Positions 29,888-39,830 of a DNA stretch of 64,000 nt are shown here, one piece after another. The stretch spans positions 1 through 64,000 of the forward strand of contig CAXXXF010000015.1 in the NCBI GenBank assembly GCA_963667175.2. The letters are read 5' to 3'. A program made the position numbers and the translations under genes. Below the pieces are notes generated by a model, which saw only the letters and a program-made list of their open reading frames with translations, was not told the origin of the DNA and ran no database searches. Within the stretch, counting starts at the first letter, position 1; each line of letters begins with the position of its first letter. Origin of the DNA: Candidatus Latescibacterota bacterium (GTDB taxonomy: Bacteria; Latescibacterota; UBA2968; GCA-2709665).

Positions 29888-32443
29888 CTACTTTACGTTC
29901 CACTCGATGTCAAGACCCGTGGATTCACGGAACCGCTCCTTTGCGTCAGCCTGCGCCGCCGGGTCCGGCGCCACTGCCACGGGGACCACGACGCGGTTCT
30001 CGGCAAGATAGATTCTCGGGGCGCCCGGAACCCCGCACGCGCGGGGCGTGAGGCGTCTCGCTTCCTGCGCGATTTGCTCCTGGTTGGCCGACTCGCGGAT
30101 TCGGACCGGCCAGCCGATCTCACCGGAAATCCCCGACAGGAACGCTTCATACCGTTTGCCTACCCTGGGCGAGATAAACGACAGCTCGATGTACGGTCCC
30201 GATGCGGCCGACTTCAACCCCACCTTGTACGGAACCTGCGGCTGGTGCTTGAATCGTTCGCGAATCTCCGTGTACGCACGGTTGATCTCCCAGGCGTCGG
30301 GGGGCGTTTCCCCTGTGGGTAGGGCCGCTTCCCGGTTCGGCCGGACCAACGTCAGCGCATATCCGGTCTCGACCAGAAACCGCCTCGCCGCTTCGCCGGT
30401 CAGCGTCTCCCAATCGGTATCCGGGCACTCCGACACCGCCACGTCAACGGCGACCTCTTTCCTATCCATGTGAAGCGCCGGCGCTCTTAACGGCGCCACG
30501 CCATCGGGCAGGAGTTCAATCGCTGTTTGCGCGAGGCGTCCCTGGTGGGGTGTCTGCCGAAGCCGGATCTTCCATCGCGTTTCAACCTCCAATGCCCTGA
30601 TAAGATCGCCGTAACGCGCGGCTACAACCTCCGGGAAGTAGAAGGCCAACTCGAATGTGCCCGCATCCGTAAAGGCGCTGCACTTGAATAGGCCCGCCTC
30701 CGGCGGGAACCCGCCCATCAGGCGTGCCCTGGCTTCGTTCACCTCCATCGGCCCGACTCCCGCTTCTACGTCCCCATCTTCTGAAGCGTGGTAAAGATAT
30801 GGCCGCCGGAAGTCAGGTTTGAACGCCGACTGCTCGCCATCGAGTAACCGTTTGAACGCTTCCACCTTCGCCAGGTCCATCTCCCCGGTCCCATACCAGA
30901 CTTCCGCCAGTACCTGCGCCCGGAACGGACCCTTCATTCCCGTTTCCAACACGTAGTCCCTCACGTCGGCCAGCGCATCCACGTTTGCCGTCAGTCCACC
31001 GGAGATTCCGCGCATCTGAACGGCCCGCGCCCGTCCGCGCTCTTCCGAGGCTTCAGCGGTGTACACGCCGCCGTTCTCCGGCAGAACCACCCCCTCCGGC
31101 AAATACACGTCGAGGTCGGACGCCAGGGAGCGACGGGCATCCTCGTCTCCGTGAACCAGATACACGGACCGGGGCGTCAATCGGCGCACAAGGGAAACCA
31201 GTTCGCCCCTGTCCGCGTGGGCGGACAGCGAGTACGTCTCGACCCGGCAGTCGATCGGCACGCGCTGACCGTCCAGCGTGAGCAACCGTTCACGCGCGGG
31301 ACAGGACGCTTCGGTCGCGTTCGGCGGCGTCCGGCGTGCGAGGTCCAGCAGCGCCCGGCCGGGGGACTCTTCGTCCTGGTACCCGGTAATCGCAATCAGA
31401 TTCTCTGAACTTCCCGCCAGCCGCGCCGCATAGTAGCTCGACGCGCCTCCCACCAGCATCCCGGAACTGGCCACGATACAACAGGGAGGTCCCTTCAGGA
31501 TGCGGTCCCGATCCGAAGGCGAGGCCACCTGCACGATGAATTCCGAGTAGAAGGGGTCCTCTCCTTTCGACACCCGCCGGCGCAAGTGTGGGGTCAGTTC
31601 GTCCGGAAAAGCGCCGTAAACCGCGTTTACGGCCCGCACCATGCCGTCCACGTAAACGGGAAAAGGGGGTATTCGTCCCCTGCGCATCGCCCGGGACAAC
31701 ACCAGAACCACTTCCTGCGCACGGCCCACGGCAAAGGCCGGAACCAGCACTTTCCCGCCTTCGGCAATCACCTCTGCCACCCTCAGAACAAGTGCCGTTT
31801 CCTGCTGCGACCGGTCCGCGTGCTGTCTGTTTCCGTACGTCGATTCCATCACCATCACGTCAGGCTTACACCGCGGCACGACCATACCTGGGATCGTCTG
31901 CTGATTTGCCATGGAAACGTCCCCGGTCATCAAGACGTTTTCGCGCTTCCCCTGGATATGGATCGACGCGGCGCCCAGGATATGTCCGGATGGGATCCAC
32001 GTGGCTTTTATTGCGCCCTCGCAGAGCGGTACGCTGGAAAGAAACGGCACGGGGCTCATGCGTCCGACACACGCCTCCACGGCTTCGGGAGGATACAGGG
32101 GTAACTCCCCATCCTCCTCGCCGCGCTGGCGCATGATCTTGACCGCGTCGCCCAGCAGGACCCCCACAATCGCCCGCGTCGACCGCGTACTGTGAATCCG
32201 AACCTCCGGGGGCAACCCCGGAAGCAGAACCGGCAGCGCCCCGCTGTGATCCGAATGAGCGTGCGTCAACAGCGCTGCTTCCGGCTTGCCGACCTCATCC
32301 AGTACCGAAAGATTGGGCAATTGCGAGCCGGGAGGAGCGCCCATTCGAATGCCCGCGTCCACAAGAATGCGCCGTCCCTCGATCTCCACCAGCGTACACG
32401 ACGCGCCGACTTCATTCGCGCCGCCCAGAAAGTGCAGCTTCAT
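29888..32443 (-). CDS. MBL-fold beta-CASP ribonuclease with long C-terminal extension
   Basis: LGGANEVGAS, THAHSDH, GHILG, ESTYG, AVGRAQE, SSGML, SAHAD, VHG. Confidence 0.93.
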   Translation of the reverse strand: MKLHFLGGANEVGASCTLVEIEGRRILVDAGIRMGAPPGSQLPNLSVLDEVGKPEAALLTHAHSDHSGALPVLLPGLPPEVRIHSTRSTRAIVGVLLGDAVKIMRQRGEEDGELPLYPPEAVEACVGRMSPVPFLSSVPLCEGAIKATWIPSGHILGAASIHIQGKRENVLMTGDVSMANQQTIPGMVVPRCKPDVMVMESTYGNRQHADRSQQETALVLRVAEVIAEGGKVLVPAFAVGRAQEVVLVLSRAMRRGRIPPFPVYVDGMVRAVNAVYGAFPDELTPHLRRRVSKGEDPFYSEFIVQVASPSDRDRILKGPPCCIVASSGMLVGGASSYYAARLAGSSENLIAITGYQDEESPGRALLDLARRTPPNATEASCPARERLLTLDGQRVPIDCRVETYSLSAHADRGELVSLVRRLTPRSVYLVHGDEDARRSLASDLDVYLPEGVVLPENGGVYTAEASEERGRARAVQMRGISGGLTANVDALADVRDYVLETGMKGPFRAQVLAEVWYGTGEMDLAKVEAFKRLLDGEQSAFKPDFRRPYLYHASEDGDVEAGVGPMEVNEARARLMGGFPPEAGLFKCSAFTDAGTFELAFYFPEVVAARYGDLIRALEVETRWKIRLRQTPHQGRLAQTAIELLPDGVAPLRAPALHMDRKEVAVDVAVSECPDTDWETLTGEAARRFLVETGYALTLVRPNREAALPTGETPPDAWEINRAYTEIRERFKHQPQVPYKVGLKSAASGPYIELSFISPRVGKRYEAFLSGISGEIGWPVRIRESANQEQIAQEARRLTPRACGVPGAPRIYLAENRVVVPVAVAPDPAAQADAKERFRESTGLDIEWNVK

Positions 32444-32558
32444 CTCTACCTCTCAAACGTTCGCCATATCCGGGTACGCGGGACGCCGCCCCCGCCATCT
32501 CCGGCGTATACGCCGGAATTATCAGACGCTGTCACGTCGATAGACGCGTTGATTGACC

Positions 32559-32590
32559 AAAAAAAGCGCACTTCCTGAAGAGGTGCGCTT
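32559..32590 (-). terminator. Intrinsic terminator
   Basis: AAGCGCACTTC...GAGGTGCGCTT hairpin with a U-tract on the minus strand. Confidence 0.75.
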
Positions 32591-32635
32591 GAGAAAAGAA
32601 ATCGCCGGGTGCGAGTAACTGGGAATGGACCGGTC

Positions 32636-33049
32636 TCAGAGCTTGATCACGGCGATGAGAATGCCCGTCAGCGCCACCACGGTTGTAATCAGCCACGCGA
32701 AACGGGAGTCAATGAGTCTATTGGTTTCGTCGACGCGCTTGTTGGTCTCAGCAATCTGTTGACCAAGTGTCTGGCTGAATTCGTCAATGCGCTTGTTGGT
32801 CCCGGCGATCTGCTGACCAAGTGTCTGGCTGAATTCGTCAATGCGCTTGTTGGTCTCAGCAATCTGCTGACCAAGTGTCTGGCTGAATTCGTCAATGCGC
32901 TTGTTGGTCTCAGCAATCTGCTGGCGCAGGTCTTTGACGTCATCGCGGATCTGCTGGCGCAGATCCTGCAGGTCTTCGCGCAGATAGGCGACCCCCCAGT
33001 GGGTGTTGTCCGGGGCCGACGCGGCTTGAGATTCGGGCGTTTCGGCCAT
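32636..33049 (-). CDS. Coiled-coil tandem-repeat protein with C-terminal membrane anchor (DUF1640/CCDC90-like architecture)
   Basis: QQIAETNKRIDEFSQTLG repeats; C-terminal WLITTVVALTGILIAVIKL. Confidence 0.8.
   Translation of the reverse strand: MAETPESQAASAPDNTHWGVAYLREDLQDLRQQIRDDVKDLRQQIAETNKRIDEFSQTLGQQIAETNKRIDEFSQTLGQQIAGTNKRIDEFSQTLGQQIAETNKRVDETNRLIDSRFAWLITTVVALTGILIAVIKL
32735..32923. repeat. 54-bp coding tandem repeat, ~3.5 copies
   Basis: GAATTCGTCAATGCGCTTGTTGGT at 32777, 32831 and 32885. Confidence 0.95.
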
Positions 33050-33363
33050 AATAGAAGGACTCCTGTCCGCGTATGGGTATCCTCACTTCGAACAGAACGT
33101 CTACCGACGCGAGGGCCTGGAGACGTCGTCAACTGGACCTGCGCGTCACGTCCATAATAAGCGGTTGACCAGGCATTGTCAAGCCGCTTTCGTCATTTGC
33201 GTTCCATGGAACCCGACGCGGCCGCTCGACCCCGCCCGATCCCGGCTTGACAGCGAATGACGCCGGTGTTATGATGGGAAGAGGAAGGAACGCAGGGCAT
33301 TCGGGGCCTGGCCCCGCGCCGGGTACAGGCAAACGAGCGATTTCAGGCGAGAGGAAATCGTCG

Positions 33364-34638
33364 ATGAGCGATTCGAACCGGAACGGGCGAATTCTGGCGG
33401 GATTCGGCAAGGTGGATATGACGCCTCCGGCCCACGAGTCATTCGAGATTTACGATCCCATCTTCTTTCGGGCGCTGCACGTGCGGCAGGGCGACCGCCA
33501 GGTCACGTTTCTGGCGGCGGATTTGTTTCTGTTCGACGATGCCTGTTTCGACATGATGGCCGCAGACCTGGCGGAGACGGACGTGGACCCCGCCTGGGTC
33601 CTCCCCGGCGCCAGCCATATGGGAACGGGGCCCACGCTGTTCCAGTTCTACGTGAATCAGCCCACGGAGGCATTGAAGGAATTCGGAAACGAGGCGTGTT
33701 ACGCCCGGGCGGCGGCGGAAGCGGTTCGCATGGCCCGGGACGACGCTGCTCCCGCCCGCGTGGCGGTCGGCACGGGCGCGGCGGAGCAGGGCTTGCAATA
33801 TAACCGCCGCGCGCACGATGAGCAGGGCAATCTGCGGATGGTCTCGCTGACGGAATTTCCCAGGCCGCCGGACGATCTTGTCTATGACGCGGTGGATCTC
33901 CAGGTGGGCGTCGTGCGCTTCGACCGGGACGGCAGGCGGCCCATCGCGCTGACGAATTTCGGCTGTCACGCACTCGCTATGTGGGATCTGCGAGGCAACG
34001 TCTCGGCGGATTACCCCGGTGTGCTGGTCGGCGGACTGGACGAGAGAGGAATCGACGGCCTCTTCATCCCGGGCGCGCTGGGCAACGTCCATCCCGTGCG
34101 GGAAACGGACGACCCCTGCGGCCGCATCGGCCGGTCGCTGGCAGGAACGGCGCTGGAGATCTACAACGGGCTCACGCCGCGTGCGGACGTGCAACTCGGG
34201 CGCTTCAAGCATACGATTCAGATCGCACGCCAACCCGTTTCGGAAGTCGAGGCCGCCCGGAAAGAATGGGAGGCGAATCCTCCCGCCGCGGAGGGACTCG
34301 CACGATACGAATACTGGCTCGCTCGGACGTACCGGGATCAGCCGGCCTGCGCGTTTGACTTTCACGCGGTCGTGCTCGGCGACAGCGCGTTGGTCCACGT
34401 TCCCGGCGAGCCCTTCGTGGAGACCGCGTTCGCCATCCGGGAGGCCGCCTCGTTCGACACGGTTCTGCTCTTGTGCAACCCGTGCCCGGAGGTGGGGTAT
34501 CTGCCGACGGCGCGCGCACGCGAGGAGGGAGACGGTGAGGTGTTGTTCGCGCCGCTGGAGATGGAATCCGAGGCGCAGATCCGCGATGGAGCGATCGCAT
34601 TGTTAACGGAAGCCGGACGGGAGTCGGCCAATGGCTGA
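33364..34638 (+). CDS. Neutral/alkaline ceramidase-like amidohydrolase
   Basis: AGFGKVDMTP, SHMGTGP, YNRR, NFGCH, SADYPG, PGEPF, GYLPT. Confidence 0.8.
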   Translation: MSDSNRNGRILAGFGKVDMTPPAHESFEIYDPIFFRALHVRQGDRQVTFLAADLFLFDDACFDMMAADLAETDVDPAWVLPGASHMGTGPTLFQFYVNQPTEALKEFGNEACYARAAAEAVRMARDDAAPARVAVGTGAAEQGLQYNRRAHDEQGNLRMVSLTEFPRPPDDLVYDAVDLQVGVVRFDRDGRRPIALTNFGCHALAMWDLRGNVSADYPGVLVGGLDERGIDGLFIPGALGNVHPVRETDDPCGRIGRSLAGTALEIYNGLTPRADVQLGRFKHTIQIARQPVSEVEAARKEWEANPPAAEGLARYEYWLARTYRDQPACAFDFHAVVLGDSALVHVPGEPFVETAFAIREAASFDTVLLLCNPCPEVGYLPTARAREEGDGEVLFAPLEMESEAQIRDGAIALLTEAGRESANG

Positions 34639-35533
34639 AGGGCTGATGCAGCGGCTGGAAAAGGGATTCGTACTGGGCGACGGAGGCTACCTGATGGGGC
34701 TGCGCCTCCGGGGGTTTGTTCGAACGGGCGCCATGACGCCGCAGGTGGTGGCAACCCACCCCGAGGAGGTCCGCAGGTTGACACAGGAGTTCAAGGACGC
34801 CGGGGCCGAGGTCCTGCAGACTCTCACGTTTTTCGGCACCTCCAACATGCTGAAGCCGGCGGGGCTCGGGGACCGCGCGAGGGAAATCAATGCCACGGCC
34901 TGCCGGATCGCCAGGGAAGTGGCGGGCGACGAGGCGCTGGTCGCGGGCAATCTGAACAGCCCGACCATCTCACTGATGGATTACGATCCTTCCGACGCCG
35001 CAAAGCGGGACCGGACGCGCGCGTGGCTGAACGAGCAGCTTCCCTGGATCTGCGACGGGGGCGTTGATTTCCTCATCCTGGAGACGTTCTCATGGCTGGA
35101 TGAGGCGCTCCTAGCGCTTGACGTGGCCAAAGGAACGGGTCTCCCGCTAGTGGTTACGGTGAGCATGGAGGGCAGGGGAAACGCGGAGACGTTCGACGGG
35201 TTTTCGCCGGCCGAATGCGCCACACAACTGGCGGATGCCGGCGCCGACGTGGTGGGATTGAACTGCATCTGTCCGCCATCGTCGATGCTCGACTTTGCGG
35301 TTCAGATGCGACGGGCGGTGGACGTACCGGTCTGCTGCCAGCCTTCGGCCTGGCATTCCTGGTGGGACGGGCCCGCGGCCACGGAGGCGCAATTCGCCCG
35401 GTTCGCGAGGGACGCGGCGGCGGCGGACGTCCGCTACCTGGGGTCCTGCTGCGGCGCCGGCCCGGAACACGTGCGCGCGATGGCGCGGGCGATGGGGAAG
35501 CAGGCGTACCCCGCCGGTTGCAGGCGCGATTAA
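34631..35533 (+). CDS. Homocysteine S-methyltransferase family protein
   Basis: LGDGG, GLNC and GSCCG zinc ligands. Confidence 0.9.
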   Translation: MAEGLMQRLEKGFVLGDGGYLMGLRLRGFVRTGAMTPQVVATHPEEVRRLTQEFKDAGAEVLQTLTFFGTSNMLKPAGLGDRAREINATACRIAREVAGDEALVAGNLNSPTISLMDYDPSDAAKRDRTRAWLNEQLPWICDGGVDFLILETFSWLDEALLALDVAKGTGLPLVVTVSMEGRGNAETFDGFSPAECATQLADAGADVVGLNCICPPSSMLDFAVQMRRAVDVPVCCQPSAWHSWWDGPAATEAQFARFARDAAAADVRYLGSCCGAGPEHVRAMARAMGKQAYPAGCRRD

Positions 35534-35551
35534 ATATATAACGAGTCGATT

Positions 35552-36616
35552 ATGTTCCATCTCCGGACCGAAGGCGACGCGCGCACAAGGGGGATCGCCC
35601 ACGGGCGCGCCGCGTCGGAACGCATCGCAGGCCTGATCGATCGATACAGGGAGGACTTTGCCGACGGGGAAGGCGGCTGGCGCCCGGGGCTCGGGCCGGA
35701 TGCGCGGAAGCGGAAAGTGGACCTGTGGACGGAACGGATCGGTCGCCTGTTTCCCGATACGGTCGCGGAAATCGACGGGATTGCAGCGGGCGCCGGCCTG
35801 CCGTTCGAAGATGTGTTCGAGCTCAACCTTGTCTTCGATCTGGATGCGTCCGTAACGCCGGCGTGCACCGTTTTCGGATTTGCCGACCGGAACGGGCAGG
35901 TCTGGCTGGGGAAGTCCGACGATCTCGGGAAGAGAGAACTGGGCGCCAACGCCATCCATCAGGCGGCGCCTTCCGGTGAGTTGCGGTCCGTCCAGATACA
36001 CTTTGTCGGAACCGTCTGGACGTCGGCCGCGGTCAACGAAGCCGGGTTCGGGTTCGGCATGACCGGACTGACCGGATGCGAACGCCGCCAGGGCGGGGCG
36101 CCGGTGCTGTTCCTCCTGCCACTACTGGCGGAACAGTGCCGCACGGTCGAGGATGCCGTGGCTCTGTGCGACCGGTTCGAGGTGCCGATGCATGGGATGA
36201 GCGTGCTGATGGGCGACGCGACCGGGGACGTGGCGATTCTGGAAAAACACGTTGCCGGTCAGACCGTCAGGCGCCCGGCCGGCCCCGATGCCGCGGTGTG
36301 GGAGACCAACCATTGTCTCGGAAAGGAGCTTGCCGGTAAGGACGATCCGGCGTCGCCGTACCTGGACAACAGCCATGCGCGAGTCTCCTTGCTCCGAAGA
36401 ATGGAAAAGGAAGTCGAGAGGAGCCTCGAGGGACTGACGCGGATGTACCGGACGCACGACGATCCCGTGGGGATCTGCCAGCACGGGCAGGCCGGGCTGC
36501 ATACGGACAGCGGGATCATCATTTGTCCGGGCAAGCGGACCATGTGGGCAACGGAGGGGTATCCCTGCTCGCATCCCTTTTTACGACATGAAGTCGACGC
36601 AAAACAGGTGTTGTAA
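35552..36616 (+). CDS. C45 family Ntn-hydrolase (acyl-CoA:6-APA acyltransferase-like)
   Basis: EIDGIA.G, ACT nucleophile, NEAG, TNH, ICQH, GYPC. Confidence 0.85.
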   Translation: MFHLRTEGDARTRGIAHGRAASERIAGLIDRYREDFADGEGGWRPGLGPDARKRKVDLWTERIGRLFPDTVAEIDGIAAGAGLPFEDVFELNLVFDLDASVTPACTVFGFADRNGQVWLGKSDDLGKRELGANAIHQAAPSGELRSVQIHFVGTVWTSAAVNEAGFGFGMTGLTGCERRQGGAPVLFLLPLLAEQCRTVEDAVALCDRFEVPMHGMSVLMGDATGDVAILEKHVAGQTVRRPAGPDAAVWETNHCLGKELAGKDDPASPYLDNSHARVSLLRRMEKEVERSLEGLTRMYRTHDDPVGICQHGQAGLHTDSGIIICPGKRTMWATEGYPCSHPFLRHEVDAKQVL

Positions 36617-36677
36617 ACATTTGTATTTTTTGTTAACTTTACGTCGAGATGACGGATGATGCATTCAGGATGTGTAA

Positions 36678-37193
36678 ATGATCGTAGCCGACGCTTCCCC
36701 ATTGATAGCCCTTGCCAAGCTCCGGCGACTGGGCATCCTGCGCGACATGTACGGCAACATAACGATCGCACCCGCGGTAAGGGCGGAAACTATCGACGCC
36801 GGGAGGGCGATTAGCGCCCCCGGTGTCGTGCAACTCGAAGCCGCCGTCGAATACGGATGGCTGCAGGAGGTTCGTCTGACCGATGGCGAACGTGACGTCG
36901 CGCGGCGCCTGATTGAACTGTCCCGGTTGGGTCCTGGCGAAGCTGAATCCATCGCACTCGCGCGGGGCAAGTCGCTGCGGTTGGTCGTTGACGACAAGGA
37001 GGCGCGAAACGTGGCTGCGGCAGCGTCGGTTGAATACGTGGGTACTGCCGGAGTACTATTGGAAGCCCGTCTGAGACAACATCTCAGCCTGGGGGAAACG
37101 GAGAAAGCGGTTCGGGACCTCGGACAGATCCTGTGGCTCGCGCCATCGGTTGTCGCGGAAATATTGAGACTCGCAAGGGAGGTTGAAGCATGA
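36678..37193 (+). CDS. DUF3368 PIN-domain protein (putative toxin)
   Basis: VADASPLIAL, LGPGEAESI, VDDKEAR, GTAGVL. Confidence 0.9.
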   Translation: MIVADASPLIALAKLRRLGILRDMYGNITIAPAVRAETIDAGRAISAPGVVQLEAAVEYGWLQEVRLTDGERDVARRLIELSRLGPGEAESIALARGKSLRLVVDDKEARNVAAAASVEYVGTAGVLLEARLRQHLSLGETEKAVRDLGQILWLAPSVVAEILRLAREVEA

Positions 37194-37513
37194 AACTGGA
37201 ACAGATGGTAGGGACCAGGCTTCCCTTGGATCTGGTCCATGCGCTGGAGTTGATCGAAGACGTCGAGCAGTCGGACCGCTCAACCACGGTTCGCCGTCTG
37301 CTGTCGAAAGCAATTCATCAATGGAAGCTGGAACATTACGCGCGCCTGTTCGGAGAAAGAAAGCTCACGCTTGCACGGGCCGCCCGGGAAGCGGGCGTGT
37401 CCCTATGGGAAATGATGGACTTCGCCCGCGAATCGAAGGCGCCGTTCCAATACGACCTCGACGACCTCCATCAGGATCTGGAAGTCATTCATCGATACGC
37501 GCGAAGACAGTAG
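37190..37513 (+). CDS. UPF0175 family antitoxin-like protein
   Basis: TLARAAREAGVSLWEM HTH; ATGA overlap with the PIN gene. Confidence 0.85.
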   Translation: MKLEQMVGTRLPLDLVHALELIEDVEQSDRSTTVRRLLSKAIHQWKLEHYARLFGERKLTLARAAREAGVSLWEMMDFARESKAPFQYDLDDLHQDLEVIHRYARRQ

Positions 37514-37646
37514 AGACGTCTGTATATAGGGACACCGAGGTCTGAAGGCCGTTTAATACACACCGACCAGAATAAGGCCCCCGGGTATTAGACCACGGGG
37601 GCTCGTGTCTCGATGACAAGACCGCCAGGACCGGCGGCAGTTAATC

Positions 37647-37722
37647 TGGTAGCGGCGGAGGGACTTGAACCCCCGACCCATGGATTATGATTCCACTGCT
37701 CTGCCAACTGAGCTACGCCGCC
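37647..37722 (-). tRNA. tRNA-Met (CAT), elongator type
   Basis: GGCGGCGTAGCTCAGTTGGCAGAGCA...anticodon loop ATCATAA...GGTTCAAGTCC...CCA; 76 nt cloverleaf. Confidence 0.93.
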
Positions 37723-38069
37723 ACCGATACTCTCGTGTGAAAAATACAAGGTTGCGGCGTCGATGTCAAGCCGGAAAACGCCAGCGAACACGGTTCCTGT
37801 ACCTCCGCGGTTGGCTGGAAAGCCATTGACAAACCCGAGCGAATACGGTACACTGGTATCAGTGTCCTGTCCCGGAAAACCCTCACCATTCGGCCGCACA
37901 TTCATCCCATCTCGCCGCGTTCCCCTCGCTCGCTGATCTTACTCAGGTCGCCTGCGCTTCGGCGCCTTGCGAGCCGGGCGACTCTGCGGCCGAATTCTGG
38001 CAACTTATTTCCGGGACGGAACACCGGTTCATGCCGCATGATTTCCGACTGCCGTGGGAGTTCTCCGAT

Positions 38070-39413
38070 ATGCGCGTTCTTCTTCGGGCTCTGGCGCTCG
38101 TCCTGCTTCTGCCGGCCCTGTGCCGGGCGGGAGGTTCGGTCTACGTCGTACCCATCGAGGGTACCATCGAGGGGGGGTTGGCCGCCTTCATCTCCCGGGT
38201 CATGGAAGAAGCGGAAGCAGAGGACGTGTCGGCGGTTATCTTCGAAATCGACACCCCAGGCGGCGCGCTGGACGCGGCCCTTGTTATCCGGGACGCGATC
38301 CTTTACAGCGACGTGAAGACGATTGCCTTTATCAACCCCCGTGCGATTTCGGCCGGCGCATTGATTTCACTGGCCACCCGGCATATCGTCATGGTGGAAG
38401 GGGGGACGATCGGCGCGGCCACGGCCGTGGACATGCAGGGAAAGAAAGCCAGTGAAAAAGTGATCTCCTATTTCCGCAACGAGATGAAGGCGACCGCCGA
38501 GAAGACGGGCCGCCCTCCCAAACTCGCGGAGGCGATGGTCGACGAAGACGTGGATATAGCGGATCTCGCACCGAAAGGTAAGCTGCTGACGCTCACCACG
38601 ACCGAGGCGGTTGCGAAGAAGATCGCGGAAACCACGGTTACGGCAACGGGCGACGGCGACAAACTCCGGGCAGTACTGGCGCACTACGAACTGGATGGGG
38701 CGCGGATAACCCGCCAGTCGGTGAACTGGTCGGAGCAGGTCGTGCGCTGGCTCACCCATCCGATTGTGGCGTCGTTGCTGATGTCGCTCGGTTTTCTGGG
38801 ATTGATTTTTGAGATCCAGAGCCCGGGTTGGGGCGTCGGCGGCACGATCGGCCTGATTTGCCTTGGTCTGTTTTTCGGCAGCCATCTGTTGGTGCAACTG
38901 GCGGACTGGACGGAAGTACTTCTCTTTTTGGGCGGTGTGATTCTGGTGATTGCCGACCTGTTTTTCATCGTCGGATTCGGAGTGCTGGCCGTTCCCGGCG
39001 TCATTCTGATGATTGCAGGTCTCTTCCTGAGTCTGATGGGACGACCCGAACTGTGGACGTGGGAGTCCGTCGGAATCGGCGCCCGGCCTTTATTGCTGGC
39101 GTTTTTGACGACGGTTCTGATCGCCGGCGTGATGTTGAAAATGCTGCCGCGCACGTCCGCGTGGAAGTGGCTGGTGCTTCAGGAAGAAGAACGCAGCGAC
39201 GCGGGTTACATTGCCACGGGAAAACATGAAGCGCTACTTGGCAAAGAGGGGGTGGCCTTTACGCCGCTGCGTCCCTCGGGTACGGGTCTGATCGACGGGC
39301 GGCGCGTCAATGTCGCGGCGGACGGCGAATTCATCGACAGGGACAGTCGGATCACGGTGGTGGAGGTTGAGGGCAACCGGATTGTCGTCCGCAAATCGGA
39401 GGAGACGGGTTAG
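38070..39413 (+). CDS. nfeD: NfeD family membrane-bound serine protease (long form, YqeZ-like)
   Basis: DTPGG, AISAGA, TM region, C-terminal OB fold TPLRPSG. Confidence 0.92.
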   Translation: MRVLLRALALVLLLPALCRAGGSVYVVPIEGTIEGGLAAFISRVMEEAEAEDVSAVIFEIDTPGGALDAALVIRDAILYSDVKTIAFINPRAISAGALISLATRHIVMVEGGTIGAATAVDMQGKKASEKVISYFRNEMKATAEKTGRPPKLAEAMVDEDVDIADLAPKGKLLTLTTTEAVAKKIAETTVTATGDGDKLRAVLAHYELDGARITRQSVNWSEQVVRWLTHPIVASLLMSLGFLGLIFEIQSPGWGVGGTIGLICLGLFFGSHLLVQLADWTEVLLFLGGVILVIADLFFIVGFGVLAVPGVILMIAGLFLSLMGRPELWTWESVGIGARPLLLAFLTTVLIAGVMLKMLPRTSAWKWLVLQEEERSDAGYIATGKHEALLGKEGVAFTPLRPSGTGLIDGRRVNVAADGEFIDRDSRITVVEVEGNRIVVRKSEETG

Positions 39414-39472
39414 CAACGGACGGGAATTGGGAAATCCGGCTCCGTCGACCGAAGTTGAACCGGAGACATGGT

Positions 39473-39781
39473 ATGGTCGAAGGAATTGTGATTTTATTCG
39501 TCCTTATCGTCGCCATTGCGGTTCCGCTGCGGAAATGGCTTGTTCTCCACGCCGACGAAAGGGCGGAAGCCGGCTACATCGCCACGGGAACACATGAAGC
39601 GCTACTTGGCAAAGAGGGGGTGGCCTTTACGCCGTTGCGCCCCTCGGGTACGGGTCTGATCGACGGGCGGCGCGTCAACGTGGCTGCCGACGGGGAGTTC
39701 ATCGAAAGGGATTGCCGGATCAAGGTCGTCGAGGTCGAAGGCAACCGGGTTGTGGTTCGAAAAACCGAGGACGCCCGCTAG
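39473..39781 (+). CDS. Short NfeD protein (one TM plus OB fold)
   Basis: Near-identical copy of the upstream NfeD C-terminus. Confidence 0.85.
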   Translation: MVEGIVILFVLIVAIAVPLRKWLVLHADERAEAGYIATGTHEALLGKEGVAFTPLRPSGTGLIDGRRVNVAADGEFIERDCRIKVVEVEGNRVVVRKTEDAR

Positions 39782-39830
39782 AGACGTCGCCGGTTGAGTC
39801 CGATCGTTTGCAGATACAAGGAGTCGTATC

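Noticed and set aside
32735-32923. Possible CRISPR array
   Set aside because: Head-to-tail 54-bp units with no unique spacers, in frame within a protein
37647-37722. Initiator tRNA-fMet
   Set aside because: Lacks the C1:A72 mismatch and the three consecutive G-C pairs in the anticodon stem; Ile2 (lysidine) identity cannot be fully excluded
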